The notes: generated by a model not told the origin, from the letters alone. 64,000 nt of DNA from Armatimonadota bacterium (GCA_039680575.1 JBDKSP010000089.1:22367-86366), one strand, 5' to 3'; numbered from the stretch's first letter, positions 10,890 to 20,006 are shown. Numbers and translations: made by a program.

Positions 10890-11327
10890 TCAAAACGGCC
10901 ATTTATCAGACCTGAAGACGGCAAACGCTCCCGGTCCCGAAAGCACGAGCGACAGCGCCATGGCTATAAGGGCAAGATTATACTCGAACCCTCCGCCTCC
11001 GGCAAAGAACCCGCGCTTCCCGTGGACAAGAACAATTGCCACGACCATGTCCAGGATTATTAAGACGCTTATAATCCTGGTGAATAGACCAATCACCAGA
11101 AAAAGGCCGCCGAGGAATTCCACAAGCGCCACCGCCCATGCCGAAAATACCGGCAGTGGGACATTAAGTGACTGCAGAAACTGTGCAGTGCCGCCGATCC
11201 CGCCGCCGCCGAACAAGCCGAACAGTTTCTGCGCGCCATGGGCCATAAAGATAATTCCAAGCACCAACCGGATAATGAACGGGGCCCAGATTGCGGCCGG
11301 TCTGAGATAAATCGAAAAATCAGGCAT
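10890..11327 (-). CDS. DoxX family membrane protein
   Basis: RLVLGIIFMAHGAQKL, EFLGG, GFEYNL, SGPG; start at the ATG after GGAGG. Confidence 0.9.
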   Translation of the reverse strand: MPDFSIYLRPAAIWAPFIIRLVLGIIFMAHGAQKLFGLFGGGGIGGTAQFLQSLNVPLPVFSAWAVALVEFLGGLFLVIGLFTRIISVLIILDMVVAIVLVHGKRGFFAGGGGFEYNLALIAMALSLVLSGPGAFAVFRSDKWPF

Positions 11328-11654
11328 ATTTATCGCCTCCGTCTTCTGTTCCTGCCATATTCGCTTCAGATAATATACCCGGCGGACTGTTGATTGAAAG
11401 CAAAGATGTGGTTTAGGGATTGGCGGAGAGCCGTGTGTCGGGAGGAAACACAATCTCGATGCATAAGGTCTCGCCACCTTCGGTGTCGGCTTCGGCAGCA
11501 AGCGGTCCGAAGCAAACAATTGATCATAATGTCCGTCGATATGGTTGTAATCTTTGGTAGTCTGCAGCGGTGTGCTATACTAAAAGGCAAGTTGGTATGA
11601 GCTTATAAAGACGGTTGTCTCGACGGATATAAAATTCAATGAAGGGACATAGTT

Positions 11655-12695
11655 ATGGATAAAGCACACTCAATCTATAGGATGGGACTTAAGCCAGAAG
11701 ACACTGTACAGTTGGTTCAACGATCAGCATCATCACTTAAGGTAAAGGAAAAACAGATAGAGAACTGGATGGCTACAAAACCGGAGTTGCTGTTTTCTAA
11801 TCCAGAATCACTGCAGATAATAGCGCAGGAAGTATCCGGCGAACTTATGGCTGATATCCTGGCTGTAGATAGCCAGGGCAACTTGATAATCATTGAGATT
11901 AAAAGAGAATCATCTGATAGAGGGACTGTCGGCCAGTTGCTGGACTATGCAGCGAGGTTGGCATCCTGGAACTACGACGACTTCAACCGCAGATGGCAGA
12001 ATCATACCAAGACCAAAAACGACTTGTTTGAGGAGTTCAAGACGTTTGTTGAGAACCCAGACTTCGACAAAGATGATTTTCTGAAAGACCGTCGGCTTTT
12101 TATTCTTGCCTCTTCAGAAGATGAAAGTATGAAGAGGATTATCAGTTGGCTTCGTGACACCTACGCTGTGCCAATAGATTTTGTGCCGTTTCAATTCTAC
12201 GAAGACAATGAACAGGTTTACCTTGATATAGCAAAGATTGACATCGAGCCACTAACCATACGCACAAAGTGGTCAGGGGACTGGTTCTTCAATACCAACG
12301 AGACGTACAGCAAAGGGGCTTACAGTGTCATGCTCGAACAAGATGTTATTGCTGTATATGGTTATGAAGGTGACCGTGGCAAAGAGATGATCAGCCAACC
12401 TGCTGTGGGTGAACGCGTTTTCGCTTATCTCAACAGTTATGGCATCATAGCTGTAGGCACTATTGTCGATGATGAAGTGTTCTCAGCTAACTCAGTGTTC
12501 GGCAAGCAACATGAAAAGGAGTTCCATCGCAAAGTTAAGTGGGAGACGAAAGTAAAACCTGCACAGGCTGTCTCTTCGGCACAAGTAAGTCAATGGAATT
12601 ATAATCTGCCGGTAAGATCAACTCTCTGCAGGATGAATGCAGGTGCTGTTGCGGATAGAATAGCAACTGCATTGAACAATAATACGAGCCGATAG
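11655..12695 (+). CDS. NucS/DUF91-like PD-(D/E)xK endonuclease with C-terminal EVE/PUA-like domain
   Basis: EKQIENW...ADILAVD...IIIEIKR...GQLLDY; C-terminal WFFNT...GERVFAY...GIIAVGTI...RKVKW; AT-richer than its neighbours. Confidence 0.7.
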   Translation: MDKAHSIYRMGLKPEDTVQLVQRSASSLKVKEKQIENWMATKPELLFSNPESLQIIAQEVSGELMADILAVDSQGNLIIIEIKRESSDRGTVGQLLDYAARLASWNYDDFNRRWQNHTKTKNDLFEEFKTFVENPDFDKDDFLKDRRLFILASSEDESMKRIISWLRDTYAVPIDFVPFQFYEDNEQVYLDIAKIDIEPLTIRTKWSGDWFFNTNETYSKGAYSVMLEQDVIAVYGYEGDRGKEMISQPAVGERVFAYLNSYGIIAVGTIVDDEVFSANSVFGKQHEKEFHRKVKWETKVKPAQAVSSAQVSQWNYNLPVRSTLCRMNAGAVADRIATALNNNTSR

Positions 12696-12921
12696 TTCAC
12701 ATACAATAGATAATGGTTCCAAGTAGATGGTGTTGAATTGTGAATCTATTACCGGCCCGCTGCCTTTGTTTCATGGGCTTGGATACATTTTTTGTTTCTT
12801 TCTCTTTTCGTATCTGCTTTTGTGGTAAAAAAGCCGACCGCTGTTTTTGACAGCTATTTCTTGACACCTCAGCGCTATGTGCGGTTTCATGATGGGTATT
12901 ACAGAGTAACAGGAGGCGAAT

Positions 12922-14031
12922 ATGGCAGACTATAAAGCTAAATATTTCAGCAGAAATGAAGGTGAATTCCCGGATGAGATCACGGTCATCGATACGAAGT
13001 ACACCAAGGTCGATGACCTGCGCTATGGGACCAACCCGCACCAGGCAGCGGCTTATTACCGCCCCAAGGGGTCTTCCGGCCTGCCCTTCGCCGATATGGA
13101 AATACTGAAGACAGGCAAATCGGGTTTATCCGAGACCAACCTGTCCGATATTCACCATGGGATTTCGATAGTCAAATACTTCGTAAACCCCGCATGCGCG
13201 GTGATGAAGCATCTGAACCCGAGCGGCGCGGCGGTCGCCGGTGCTGGAGATGTCCAACTGGACGCTTACATCCGGGCACGCGACGCAGACTCCCGCGCGG
13301 CGTTCGGAGGAACAGTCTGCTTGAACACCCCGCTTGACGCAGCTACGGCTGAAGAGATCATGCAGTCGGTAGTCGAAGTAGTCGCAGCCCCGGATTTTGA
13401 AGATGGCGCGCTTGACGTGTTGAACGACTTCGAAAAGTTCAAGAAAAACAGAGAACTCCGCGCAATAAGGGTTCCAGGGATAGCCGCACTGCCGAAATTC
13501 GTCGGCGATCCCGCGGCACCGACGATCAAAGTCCTCGGCGACGGCTCTTTGATCCTTGCAGAACCGCTTTTGACGAAGATCCGGACCGCGGCAGACCTGC
13601 TGCCTGCCGTTACGGACCACCCAAAACAGGGACATTTCGAGATAGCGCGGGTCCCTACCGAGCGGGAATACGACGATCTCATTTTTTCATGGTATGTGAA
13701 CCTGAATGTCCGCTCGAACGGTGTCGTCATCGCACGCGACGGCGTAACGCTCGCAGTCGGCACAGGTGAGCAGGACAGAGTAGGCGCAGTCGAGCAGGCC
13801 ATTGATAAGGCAAAGCGCAAGTTCGTGGGCGACGCTGATCTCAAGGGCGCTGTGCTGTCATCCGACGGGTTCTTCCCCATGCGGGACTCGATAGACGTCT
13901 GCGCAGCCACCGGTATCACGGCAATCGTCCAGCCGGGCGGCTCTGTGCGCGACTGGGAAGTCATCCAGGCCGCAAACGAGCACGGCATAGCAATGGTCTT
14001 CACCGATGAGCGGATATTCTCGCATCATTAG
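12922..14031 (+). CDS. purH: AICAR transformylase domain of PurH, lacking the N-terminal IMP cyclohydrolase domain
   Basis: LRYGTNPHQ, MKHLNPSG, SNGVV, SSDGFFP, QPGGSVRD, RIFSH. Confidence 0.85.
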   Translation: MADYKAKYFSRNEGEFPDEITVIDTKYTKVDDLRYGTNPHQAAAYYRPKGSSGLPFADMEILKTGKSGLSETNLSDIHHGISIVKYFVNPACAVMKHLNPSGAAVAGAGDVQLDAYIRARDADSRAAFGGTVCLNTPLDAATAEEIMQSVVEVVAAPDFEDGALDVLNDFEKFKKNRELRAIRVPGIAALPKFVGDPAAPTIKVLGDGSLILAEPLLTKIRTAADLLPAVTDHPKQGHFEIARVPTEREYDDLIFSWYVNLNVRSNGVVIARDGVTLAVGTGEQDRVGAVEQAIDKAKRKFVGDADLKGAVLSSDGFFPMRDSIDVCAATGITAIVQPGGSVRDWEVIQAANEHGIAMVFTDERIFSHH

Positions 14032-14045
14032 GATTTAGAATGTAT

Positions 14046-14224
14046 TGGCCGGGCTGAAGTCCCGGCCATTGGCAGCTTCGCTGCCGAAATACCCCTCATC
14101 CCAACCTTCTCCCGCAAGGGGAGAAGGGGCTGATTGTGCAAATCTCCACTAATCCCCTTTCGCGTCTTTCGTGCCTCTTCGCGTCCATCGCGATTCAAAA
14201 CCTGACAGCTGATGGCTGACGGCT
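14046..14224. repeat. Cluster of REP-like palindromes and 7-mer repeats between convergent genes
   Basis: GGCCGGG-CCCGGCC; GGCAGC-GCTGCC; CCCTCATCCCAACCTTCTCCC-GGGAGAAGGG; a TTCGCGTC block and GCTGAYGGCTGAC, both matching the reverse complement of 42176-42242. Confidence 0.7.
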
Positions 14225-14228
14225 CCCT

Positions 14229-14942
14229 TCAAAGCGGCTTTTTCACGATCTTTGCGCCGTGGCGGGGGAACTCCTCTGGTGTGGGCTTCTGTTTCTTGAT
14301 AACGATCAAACTGCGCTGAATATCCGTGCCGGGGAGAGTCAGCCGGATAATCTCGGGGTGTCCGCCGCCGAGCGTTCCTATACCGGGTCTTGCGCCGTCG
14401 AGCTCGCTGTCTACATCGGGACCTTTCATAGCGATGAACACGCCCCCTACCCTTACGAGCGGCAGGCAGTACTCGACCAGCATCCTCATATCGGCAACGG
14501 CCCTTGCAGTGACTATATTGTAGTGCTCTCTGTGCTCCGGTATCCGCCCTGCTTCTTCCGCGCGGGAGTGCATAAGCTCGATATTGGAAAGATTCAGCTG
14601 CTGGCGGACTTCATCCAGAAAAGTCAGCTTTTTATTGGTGGCTTCGATAAGCGTGACTTTGACATCAGGCCGCGCAATCGCGATTGGGACTCCCGGAAAG
14701 CCCGCTCCGGTCCCTACATCGGCAACTTCGTCGCCGTTTCGGAACCTGGCTGCCCTAAAACATGAGAGCGAGTCGAGATAATGCTTCACACCTATCTCAC
14801 CGGGGTCAACGATAGACGTCAGGTTGAACTTTTGGTTCCATTCCAAAAGAAGCTCGGTATATTCCGCGAACTTCTCCGATTGTTCGCTATCTATCTTTAC
14901 TCCCAGCTCAAAAGCGCCTTTAACAAGTCGTTCCTCGATCAC
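14229..14942 (-). CDS. rsmG: 16S rRNA m7G527 methyltransferase
   Basis: WNQKFNLT, KHYLDSL, DVGTGAGFPG, TARAV, FPR. Confidence 0.95.
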   Translation of the reverse strand: MIEERLVKGAFELGVKIDSEQSEKFAEYTELLLEWNQKFNLTSIVDPGEIGVKHYLDSLSCFRAARFRNGDEVADVGTGAGFPGVPIAIARPDVKVTLIEATNKKLTFLDEVRQQLNLSNIELMHSRAEEAGRIPEHREHYNIVTARAVADMRMLVEYCLPLVRVGGVFIAMKGPDVDSELDGARPGIGTLGGGHPEIIRLTLPGTDIQRSLIVIKKQKPTPEEFPRHGAKIVKKPL

Positions 14943-15100
14943 ACAGCCCTCCGTCTATCATTTAAATTTTCTTCCAATAGTATAGCAGACCTGAAAGCAG
15001 CGGATTATAGATTACCGATGTTTGGGAAAAATAGGAAAGGCTCTACGGGCTCAGCGGTTCCACAGACACGATTACTGCTTGTGATGAGTGTGGGAAGGAA

Positions 15101-15334
15101 GTGTTTCAGATGCCAATGATCTTCGATGCAGCGATGGGACAGCTCATACGAGAACGCCTGCAGCAGGACAAGCGTACGGCGGGAGTGACAGTCGAGATCA
15201 ACTGCGCGGACGGCTGTATCAGCCTGATCGGCGAAGTGGACTCGGAAGAACAAAAGAACACAACGCTCTTTCTTATCGAAGGGCTGTCTGGAGTGAGGTC
15301 TGTAATGGACCAGATCATTATCAGACCCCACTGA
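15101..15334 (+). CDS. BON domain protein
   Basis: VEINCADGCISLIGEVDS...GVRSVMDQI; start may be an internal ATG. Confidence 0.7.
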   Translation: MFQMPMIFDAAMGQLIRERLQQDKRTAGVTVEINCADGCISLIGEVDSEEQKNTTLFLIEGLSGVRSVMDQIIIRPH

Positions 15335-15345
15335 TTCTATCTTTA

Positions 15346-16392
15346 TTACTTGCTAAGGAGCGGAAGATAAGGCGACATGGCAAGCTGCGCCAGAAGGCAG
15401 CATACCGTCGATTCCGAACCCTGGTTCAAGTTGACGCCCGACGGCATAAGACCGTCATAGCATCCGCCTGTTACCGGATCATAAAGCGCTTCGCTGATGC
15501 TGTTGCCGCCAAAGAACCAGTCGAACGCAATCCTTGCCTGGTCCAGGTAATTGCGGTCGTTCGTAACATCGTACGCTGACAGGTTAGCCATTACGGACGC
15601 CATCGGATCGACCGCCTGCTGATCGAACCAGGCTCTTTCCTCGCCTTTAATATACCAGCCGTTGCAGCCGATGGGATGGTGGACTCCATCGATATTGGTA
15701 ACGCTGTTCAGAAAATCGAGGCTGCGGGCTGCCACATCCAGATACTCCTGTTTTCCAAACACTTGATACGCGAAGAACAGCGCTCTCGGCGGGATTCCAT
15801 TGGAATAGGTCAGGTAGTTATCGAACCACGGCCAGTCATCCGTAGCGTTTTTGTGGAACGCCTTGCACATCGTATCTGCAAGTTTTCCCAGGTGTACGCG
15901 CACTGCATCCGCTTCGGGTTCGCCCTTCAGATAGAAGTAGCATCCTAGTGCGGAATACGCATGTCCCCTGGTCCAGTTAATGGTCGGAAGCCATCTTATA
16001 GCATCATCGAACAGCCTGCGTGCAACCTTCTTTACATTTTCGTGTATGTTGGTTGCAAGCGCTTCTCCACAAGCCCATAGGACCCTTCCGAAGCAGTCCT
16101 CAGACCCTTCGTCGTCCAGAAATATCTGGTCGAACGACATGAAGTTGTGAAACCGCTTGCCGGATGTCTGCGCATAGTGCAGAAAACTCAGGTAAGTGCT
16201 GACCAGCCTGAGCATCCGCCTGTCCCCGCTGCGCTCGTATTCCTGAAGCGCAACGATCAATGCGCGGGCATTGTCATCGGTAGTATAGCCTGTCCGTCTG
16301 TTTGGTATCGAATAAATGGCATGCTGGATAACGCCCGTACGGTCCGTGAGCGTTTCCAGATGCTCAAGCACAATCGGTGGATAATCCGTCAC
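15346..16392 (-). CDS. Glycosyltransferase-associated (alpha/alpha)6-type domain protein
   Basis: HL..LTD.TGVIQHA, GYTTDDNARAL, SEDCFGR, FDQQ, NLNQGSEST; in homologs this domain is commonly fused to a GT4. Confidence 0.75.
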   Translation of the reverse strand: MTDYPPIVLEHLETLTDRTGVIQHAIYSIPNRRTGYTTDDNARALIVALQEYERSGDRRMLRLVSTYLSFLHYAQTSGKRFHNFMSFDQIFLDDEGSEDCFGRVLWACGEALATNIHENVKKVARRLFDDAIRWLPTINWTRGHAYSALGCYFYLKGEPEADAVRVHLGKLADTMCKAFHKNATDDWPWFDNYLTYSNGIPPRALFFAYQVFGKQEYLDVAARSLDFLNSVTNIDGVHHPIGCNGWYIKGEERAWFDQQAVDPMASVMANLSAYDVTNDRNYLDQARIAFDWFFGGNSISEALYDPVTGGCYDGLMPSGVNLNQGSESTVCCLLAQLAMSPYLPLLSK

Positions 16393-16394
16393 TG

Positions 16395-17723
16395 TTAAAC
16401 CTCTATTGCATCTTCTTCCGGCGTGGTCTCAGCCGCGGCTCGTCTCCGCTGCAGGATCCTGTGGAACATATCCAGATAATCTATAGCAACATTGAACCAC
16501 GCCGTCCGCCTGCCGAACTTGTAAGCCAGAGCTTCCATTTGCTCTCTCTTTGCAGGATTATCCAGCAAGTCTATAATGGCATTCGCCATAGCATCAGGAG
16601 ACTTGAAATCGACCAGAGTCCCTCTGCCGTCGGCCAATACTTCCTCAGCGTAAAGATAAGGGGTGGATACTATAGCTTTTCCGCAGCCCAGCGCATAAGC
16701 AAGCGTGCCGCTTACGATCTGATCCTTATTCAGATAAGGAGTAATATACACGTCTGTTGCGCACAGATACCTGACAAGCTCCGTGAGCGACAGGAAACGG
16801 TTGTTGAACCGAACATTGTTTTCCAGATTGTTGCGCCGGACGGCCTCGAGCATCTCGTTTCGGTAAGTTTCACCTTCCCAGGCTCTAACGCCAGGGTGTG
16901 TCTCACCGAGCACCAGATAAAGAGCTTCCGGATATTTGGCAACTACGCGAGCCATAGCCTCTATGGCGAACTCAATGCCCTTACCCCGGTTAATCAGGCC
17001 GAAGGTGGATATAATCTTGCGATTAGCAATCCCCAGAGATCTCTTCACCGCAGCTGTCGATACTCTGTGAACGTTCGGCACTCCGTGGTGGATAATCGTT
17101 ATCTTCTTAGGGTCGATGTCGTATGTATCGAGCAGTATCTGCCGTCCCGTGCGGACCATAACTACGACGACTTCGCACAGGTCCGCCAGTTCCTGCAGCA
17201 CCCGCTTTTGATCCGGGTCAGGGTTATTGAGCACGGTATGCAGCGTAGCGACGGCGGGCTTTTTAAGGTTTTTGATCAGGTCGAGCACATACTCTCCCTG
17301 CGTCCCGCCGTAAATTCCATACTCGTGCTGGATACTGACGATATCGACCGTGGAATCGTTGATATACTTCGCCGCATCCAGGTAGCTCTGCCGGTCATCA
17401 CGGAATATCTGAGCCCGGACGATCCTTCCGTAAGGCTCGATCTCTTCTTTTCGCTTAACGGCTATGACTGTCGGCTTGGAAAACGGCGTATACTTGGCTA
17501 CCGAAGTTACCACGTCTTTTGTGAAAGTCGCAATACCGCATTCGCTTGGAGGATATGTCGCAACGTACGCAGGCTCAATTTTGTTCATTGATTCCTTGAG
17601 GAACTTGAACAGCTTATTATCTTCGGCTTTGAGCCACCTTACCTCGTCTCTGAGGACATACTCCTCCGGAACATCCGTTTCATATGGCAATCCGCCATCG
17701 GGTTTTGTTTTATCTTTTTGCAT
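16395..17723 (-). CDS. Glycosyltransferase family 4
   Basis: YPPSECGIATFT, QHEYGIYG, TLHT, IHHGVP, GKGIE, SGTLAYALG; start uncertain. Confidence 0.9.
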   Translation of the reverse strand: MQKDKTKPDGGLPYETDVPEEYVLRDEVRWLKAEDNKLFKFLKESMNKIEPAYVATYPPSECGIATFTKDVVTSVAKYTPFSKPTVIAVKRKEEIEPYGRIVRAQIFRDDRQSYLDAAKYINDSTVDIVSIQHEYGIYGGTQGEYVLDLIKNLKKPAVATLHTVLNNPDPDQKRVLQELADLCEVVVVMVRTGRQILLDTYDIDPKKITIIHHGVPNVHRVSTAAVKRSLGIANRKIISTFGLINRGKGIEFAIEAMARVVAKYPEALYLVLGETHPGVRAWEGETYRNEMLEAVRRNNLENNVRFNNRFLSLTELVRYLCATDVYITPYLNKDQIVSGTLAYALGCGKAIVSTPYLYAEEVLADGRGTLVDFKSPDAMANAIIDLLDNPAKREQMEALAYKFGRRTAWFNVAIDYLDMFHRILQRRRAAAETTPEEDAIEV

Positions 17724-17813
17724 AACTTTTCCGAAGCCGGGCAATTACTGCTCGACTCGCTACGAGCTACAAGAACTGTTAAATCTGACTATTTACGGAG
17801 CAAATAACGCGGT

Positions 17814-18164
17814 TTAAGGCGTAAGTGTGACTGCTGCTTCCGATTCATCCTCGAACAGGGGGAATACTTTCTCCAAGCCTGTGATCTCGAAGACTTTACG
17901 GATCTGGTTGGAACTGCACACTACTGCGATCTTGCCGCCGCTCTCGCTGGCTCGCTTAAGACCTCCCACCAGTGTTCCCAGACCGGAACTGTCGATATAT
18001 TCTACCCCAGCCATGCTGACTACGACACTCGGATGACCTTGCTCGATGACATCTATCATCGTATCTCTGAACTGGGCACAAGTGTAAGAATCTAGTTCGC
18101 CAACTAGCTCGATGATGGGGATGTCCTTCACCATTTTCGTCCTGATTCGCAAATCCATTTCCAT
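17814..18164 (-). CDS. Anti-sigma factor antagonist (STAS, RsbV/SpoIIAA-like)
   Basis: GELD...VEYIDSSGLGTLV...VFEITGL with the phosphoacceptor Ser; AAGGAG RBS. Confidence 0.92.
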   Translation of the reverse strand: MEMDLRIRTKMVKDIPIIELVGELDSYTCAQFRDTMIDVIEQGHPSVVVSMAGVEYIDSSGLGTLVGGLKRASESGGKIAVVCSSNQIRKVFEITGLEKVFPLFEDESEAAVTLTP

Positions 18165-18237
18165 TATTCTGGCACTCCTTCTCCAGCAGGTAACGCGGAC
18201 GTGTCGAGCGGCCGTCTGCGGGCTTGACTGCAATGCT

Positions 18238-18353
18238 CACGAAGGTATCAGGTTGTGGGGCGATGTGGAACTGTCGCCACCAACTGAGTTTCAGTGTTCC
18301 TCAAACCTGAAACCCTTTCTTGAGATTCCCGGCTGTTGCTGAAAATCTATAAT
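18238..18353 (-). repeat. Diverged copy of the 165-bp double-hairpin element in the STAS 5' leader
   Basis: Minus strand: ATTATAGATTTTCAGC-aaca-GCCGGGAATC...GGGTTTCAGGTT...AACCTGATACC. Confidence 0.65.
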
Positions 18354-18416
18354 TACTTATTCCTTGGGACAGTCCAAATCGAAACATGACATCATCGGCA
18401 TCGTCTCGTCGGAGGA

Positions 18417-18445
18417 AGTTTATCATTTACGCAGGACAATGTCAA
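18417..18445 (-). promoter_or_regulatory. Sigma-70 promoter for the STAS/GT4 genes
   Basis: TTGACA-17 nt-TAAACT with extended TG. Confidence 0.7.
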
Positions 18446-18479
18446 CTGTACCCGCTCGCCAGAATCTGGTTACGAATGG

Positions 18480-19070
18480 TCAGGAGTGCTTACGAGGAAG
18501 GAACGGTGGCCTCAGCCGGTTTGTGTTTGCAGCGCTTTCGGCAACGGATTGCAGAGTTATCTCTGTAACATACCACTGGTTCACTACCGGCAAATCCAGT
18601 TGTTTCAATCTTATAAGCATAGCCGGTCTGGACACATAAAACCTATCGGACAGAACGGACAGCCGCCAGTCAGGGTCGTCCTCCAAGGAATCATACATTT
18701 TGACGACCAACGGCTCGGGCATCAGGAGGCACGCGGCAAATTTCGACGCATACCGTTCTTCCTCATCCTCATCAACCTCAGCTTCTCGCATAAGGAGCCG
18801 CATTGAAGGCCGTGCTGAGTTTATGACGTGATGTCCCAGCTCATGAGCTATTGAAAACTGCCTTCTCCTGGGTGAATCGAGTGAGTTTACCACGATCTCG
18901 GTCCTGCCGCTCGGCAGCGTCAGATAGAACGCGGAAACCTCGTCACCCAAAGGCCGGCGTATCAAGTTTATATTGTAGTAATTGCAAACGGCGCTGACAT
19001 CACAGGGAATGGTAAGGCCGAGTTGCTTCCATATCCGGGCTGATTGATCCTCCAGCAAGTCATCGATCAT
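18480..19070 (-). CDS. ImmA/IrrE family metallopeptidase (Peptidase M78)
   Basis: RRQFSIAHELGH, EEERYASKFAACLLMP, FYVSRPAMLIRL. Confidence 0.92.
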   Translation of the reverse strand: MIDDLLEDQSARIWKQLGLTIPCDVSAVCNYYNINLIRRPLGDEVSAFYLTLPSGRTEIVVNSLDSPRRRQFSIAHELGHHVINSARPSMRLLMREAEVDEDEEERYASKFAACLLMPEPLVVKMYDSLEDDPDWRLSVLSDRFYVSRPAMLIRLKQLDLPVVNQWYVTEITLQSVAESAANTNRLRPPFLPRKHS

Positions 19071-19416
19071 GTCCGGAGTTCCTGTCTATCTCGAGCCTTT
19101 CTCTGACCACTTCTTCTATAATCCTTCTGGACTCGTCCGATAGAGTATCGTTTCGCCTAAGCGCTATCCGCACTACTTCGATAACATCCTTTGGCTGCAT
19201 ATAACCGGCAGCGATCATAAGCGGCTCTACGGATGTCTTGTAGCCTTTTGCAAATTTTTCTACAATTTCGCGAGACGGTACTTTTCCGCCTTTCATTGCA
19301 TGGAGGTAAGCCTGGCTTATACCGGTCTTTATCGTGGCTTTACCGTAGCTGTCCTCCCCCATTATCTCCTTGACTATACGTCCAAAGTCTTCGCTTACAC
19401 GGGTCTCAACTGGCAT
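19060..19416 (-). CDS. XRE-like helix-turn-helix regulator
   Basis: KTGISQAYLHAMKGGKVPS...LMIAAGY; overlaps the ImmA-like gene. Confidence 0.75.
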   Translation of the reverse strand: MPVETRVSEDFGRIVKEIMGEDSYGKATIKTGISQAYLHAMKGGKVPSREIVEKFAKGYKTSVEPLMIAAGYMQPKDVIEVVRIALRRNDTLSDESRRIIEEVVRERLEIDRNSGHDR

Positions 19417-19482
19417 TGTTCACCTCACTACAAAGGGTAGCATACGAACACAAATATTTCCAAAAGTTCTTTATCGAAAGCC

Positions 19483-19511
19483 TTTACAACGTAGCGAAGA
19501 ACGTTTAAAAT
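19483..19511 (+). promoter_or_regulatory. Sigma-70 promoter for the RsbW-like gene
   Basis: TTTACA-17 nt-TAAAAT in the divergent intergenic region. Confidence 0.6.
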
Positions 19512-19553
19512 CAACATGGCACACGTCGTTCACTATGAAGAGAATAATGTCTT

Positions 19554-20006
19554 ATGTCAGATAATCCCCTTATGGATAACACTGAATATGGATTACCAGC
19601 CGGCCAATCGCAGGTTGACTTCCGCTTTAACGCAACTGCGCAAGCGGCAGCACAGATCCGCAGGCAATTCAAGCATATACTCGATACCTGGTGCCCGGAC
19701 TGCGGTGCCGCCGGGAATGAACTGCTGCTGGCTGTCGGCGAAGCAGTGAGCAACGCTTGTCGCCACGGCTGCGACGGCAAGCCTTTACCTGTCCACCTCA
19801 GCGTATCCTGGGATGCAAATACCCGGGAAGTGACCGTGGAAGTGTGCGACCCCGGCTCAGGGTTTGATTATCCCCTGTTTATACGCCGGACGCACTCCGA
19901 TAAAGACTACTCATGCGGCCTCTTCCTGATGGTCAACAGCGCAGACAGCGTAAGTTATGAGCGCCGGGACAATTCCTTCGTCTGCACGATCAAAAAACGG
20001 CTCTGA
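19554..20006 (+). CDS. Anti-sigma factor / Ser kinase (RsbW-like HATPase_c_2)
   Basis: LAVGEAVSNACRHG (N box), DPGSGF (G1), CGLFLM (G2). Confidence 0.85.
   Translation: MSDNPLMDNTEYGLPAGQSQVDFRFNATAQAAAQIRRQFKHILDTWCPDCGAAGNELLLAVGEAVSNACRHGCDGKPLPVHLSVSWDANTREVTVEVCDPGSGFDYPLFIRRTHSDKDYSCGLFLMVNSADSVSYERRDNSFVCTIKKRL

Noticed and set aside
12700..12921. ZTP riboswitch upstream of purH
   Set aside because: No GACTGGCG...GCCTGGG pattern; the region is AT-rich and promoter-like.
16377..17591. Long antisense ORFs (e.g. 16377-17591, 20988-21950, 29507-30445, 38035-38916)
   Set aside because: Shadow frames of well-supported genes on the opposite strand, with no recognisable motifs.
18480..19416. 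Prophage or ICE immunity region
   Set aside because: No integrase, excisionase, structural or conjugation genes, and no att-like repeats were seen.
19517..19535. Sigma-54 promoter before the RsbW-like gene
   Set aside because: TGGCAC is present but the -12 position reads GTTC, not TTGC.
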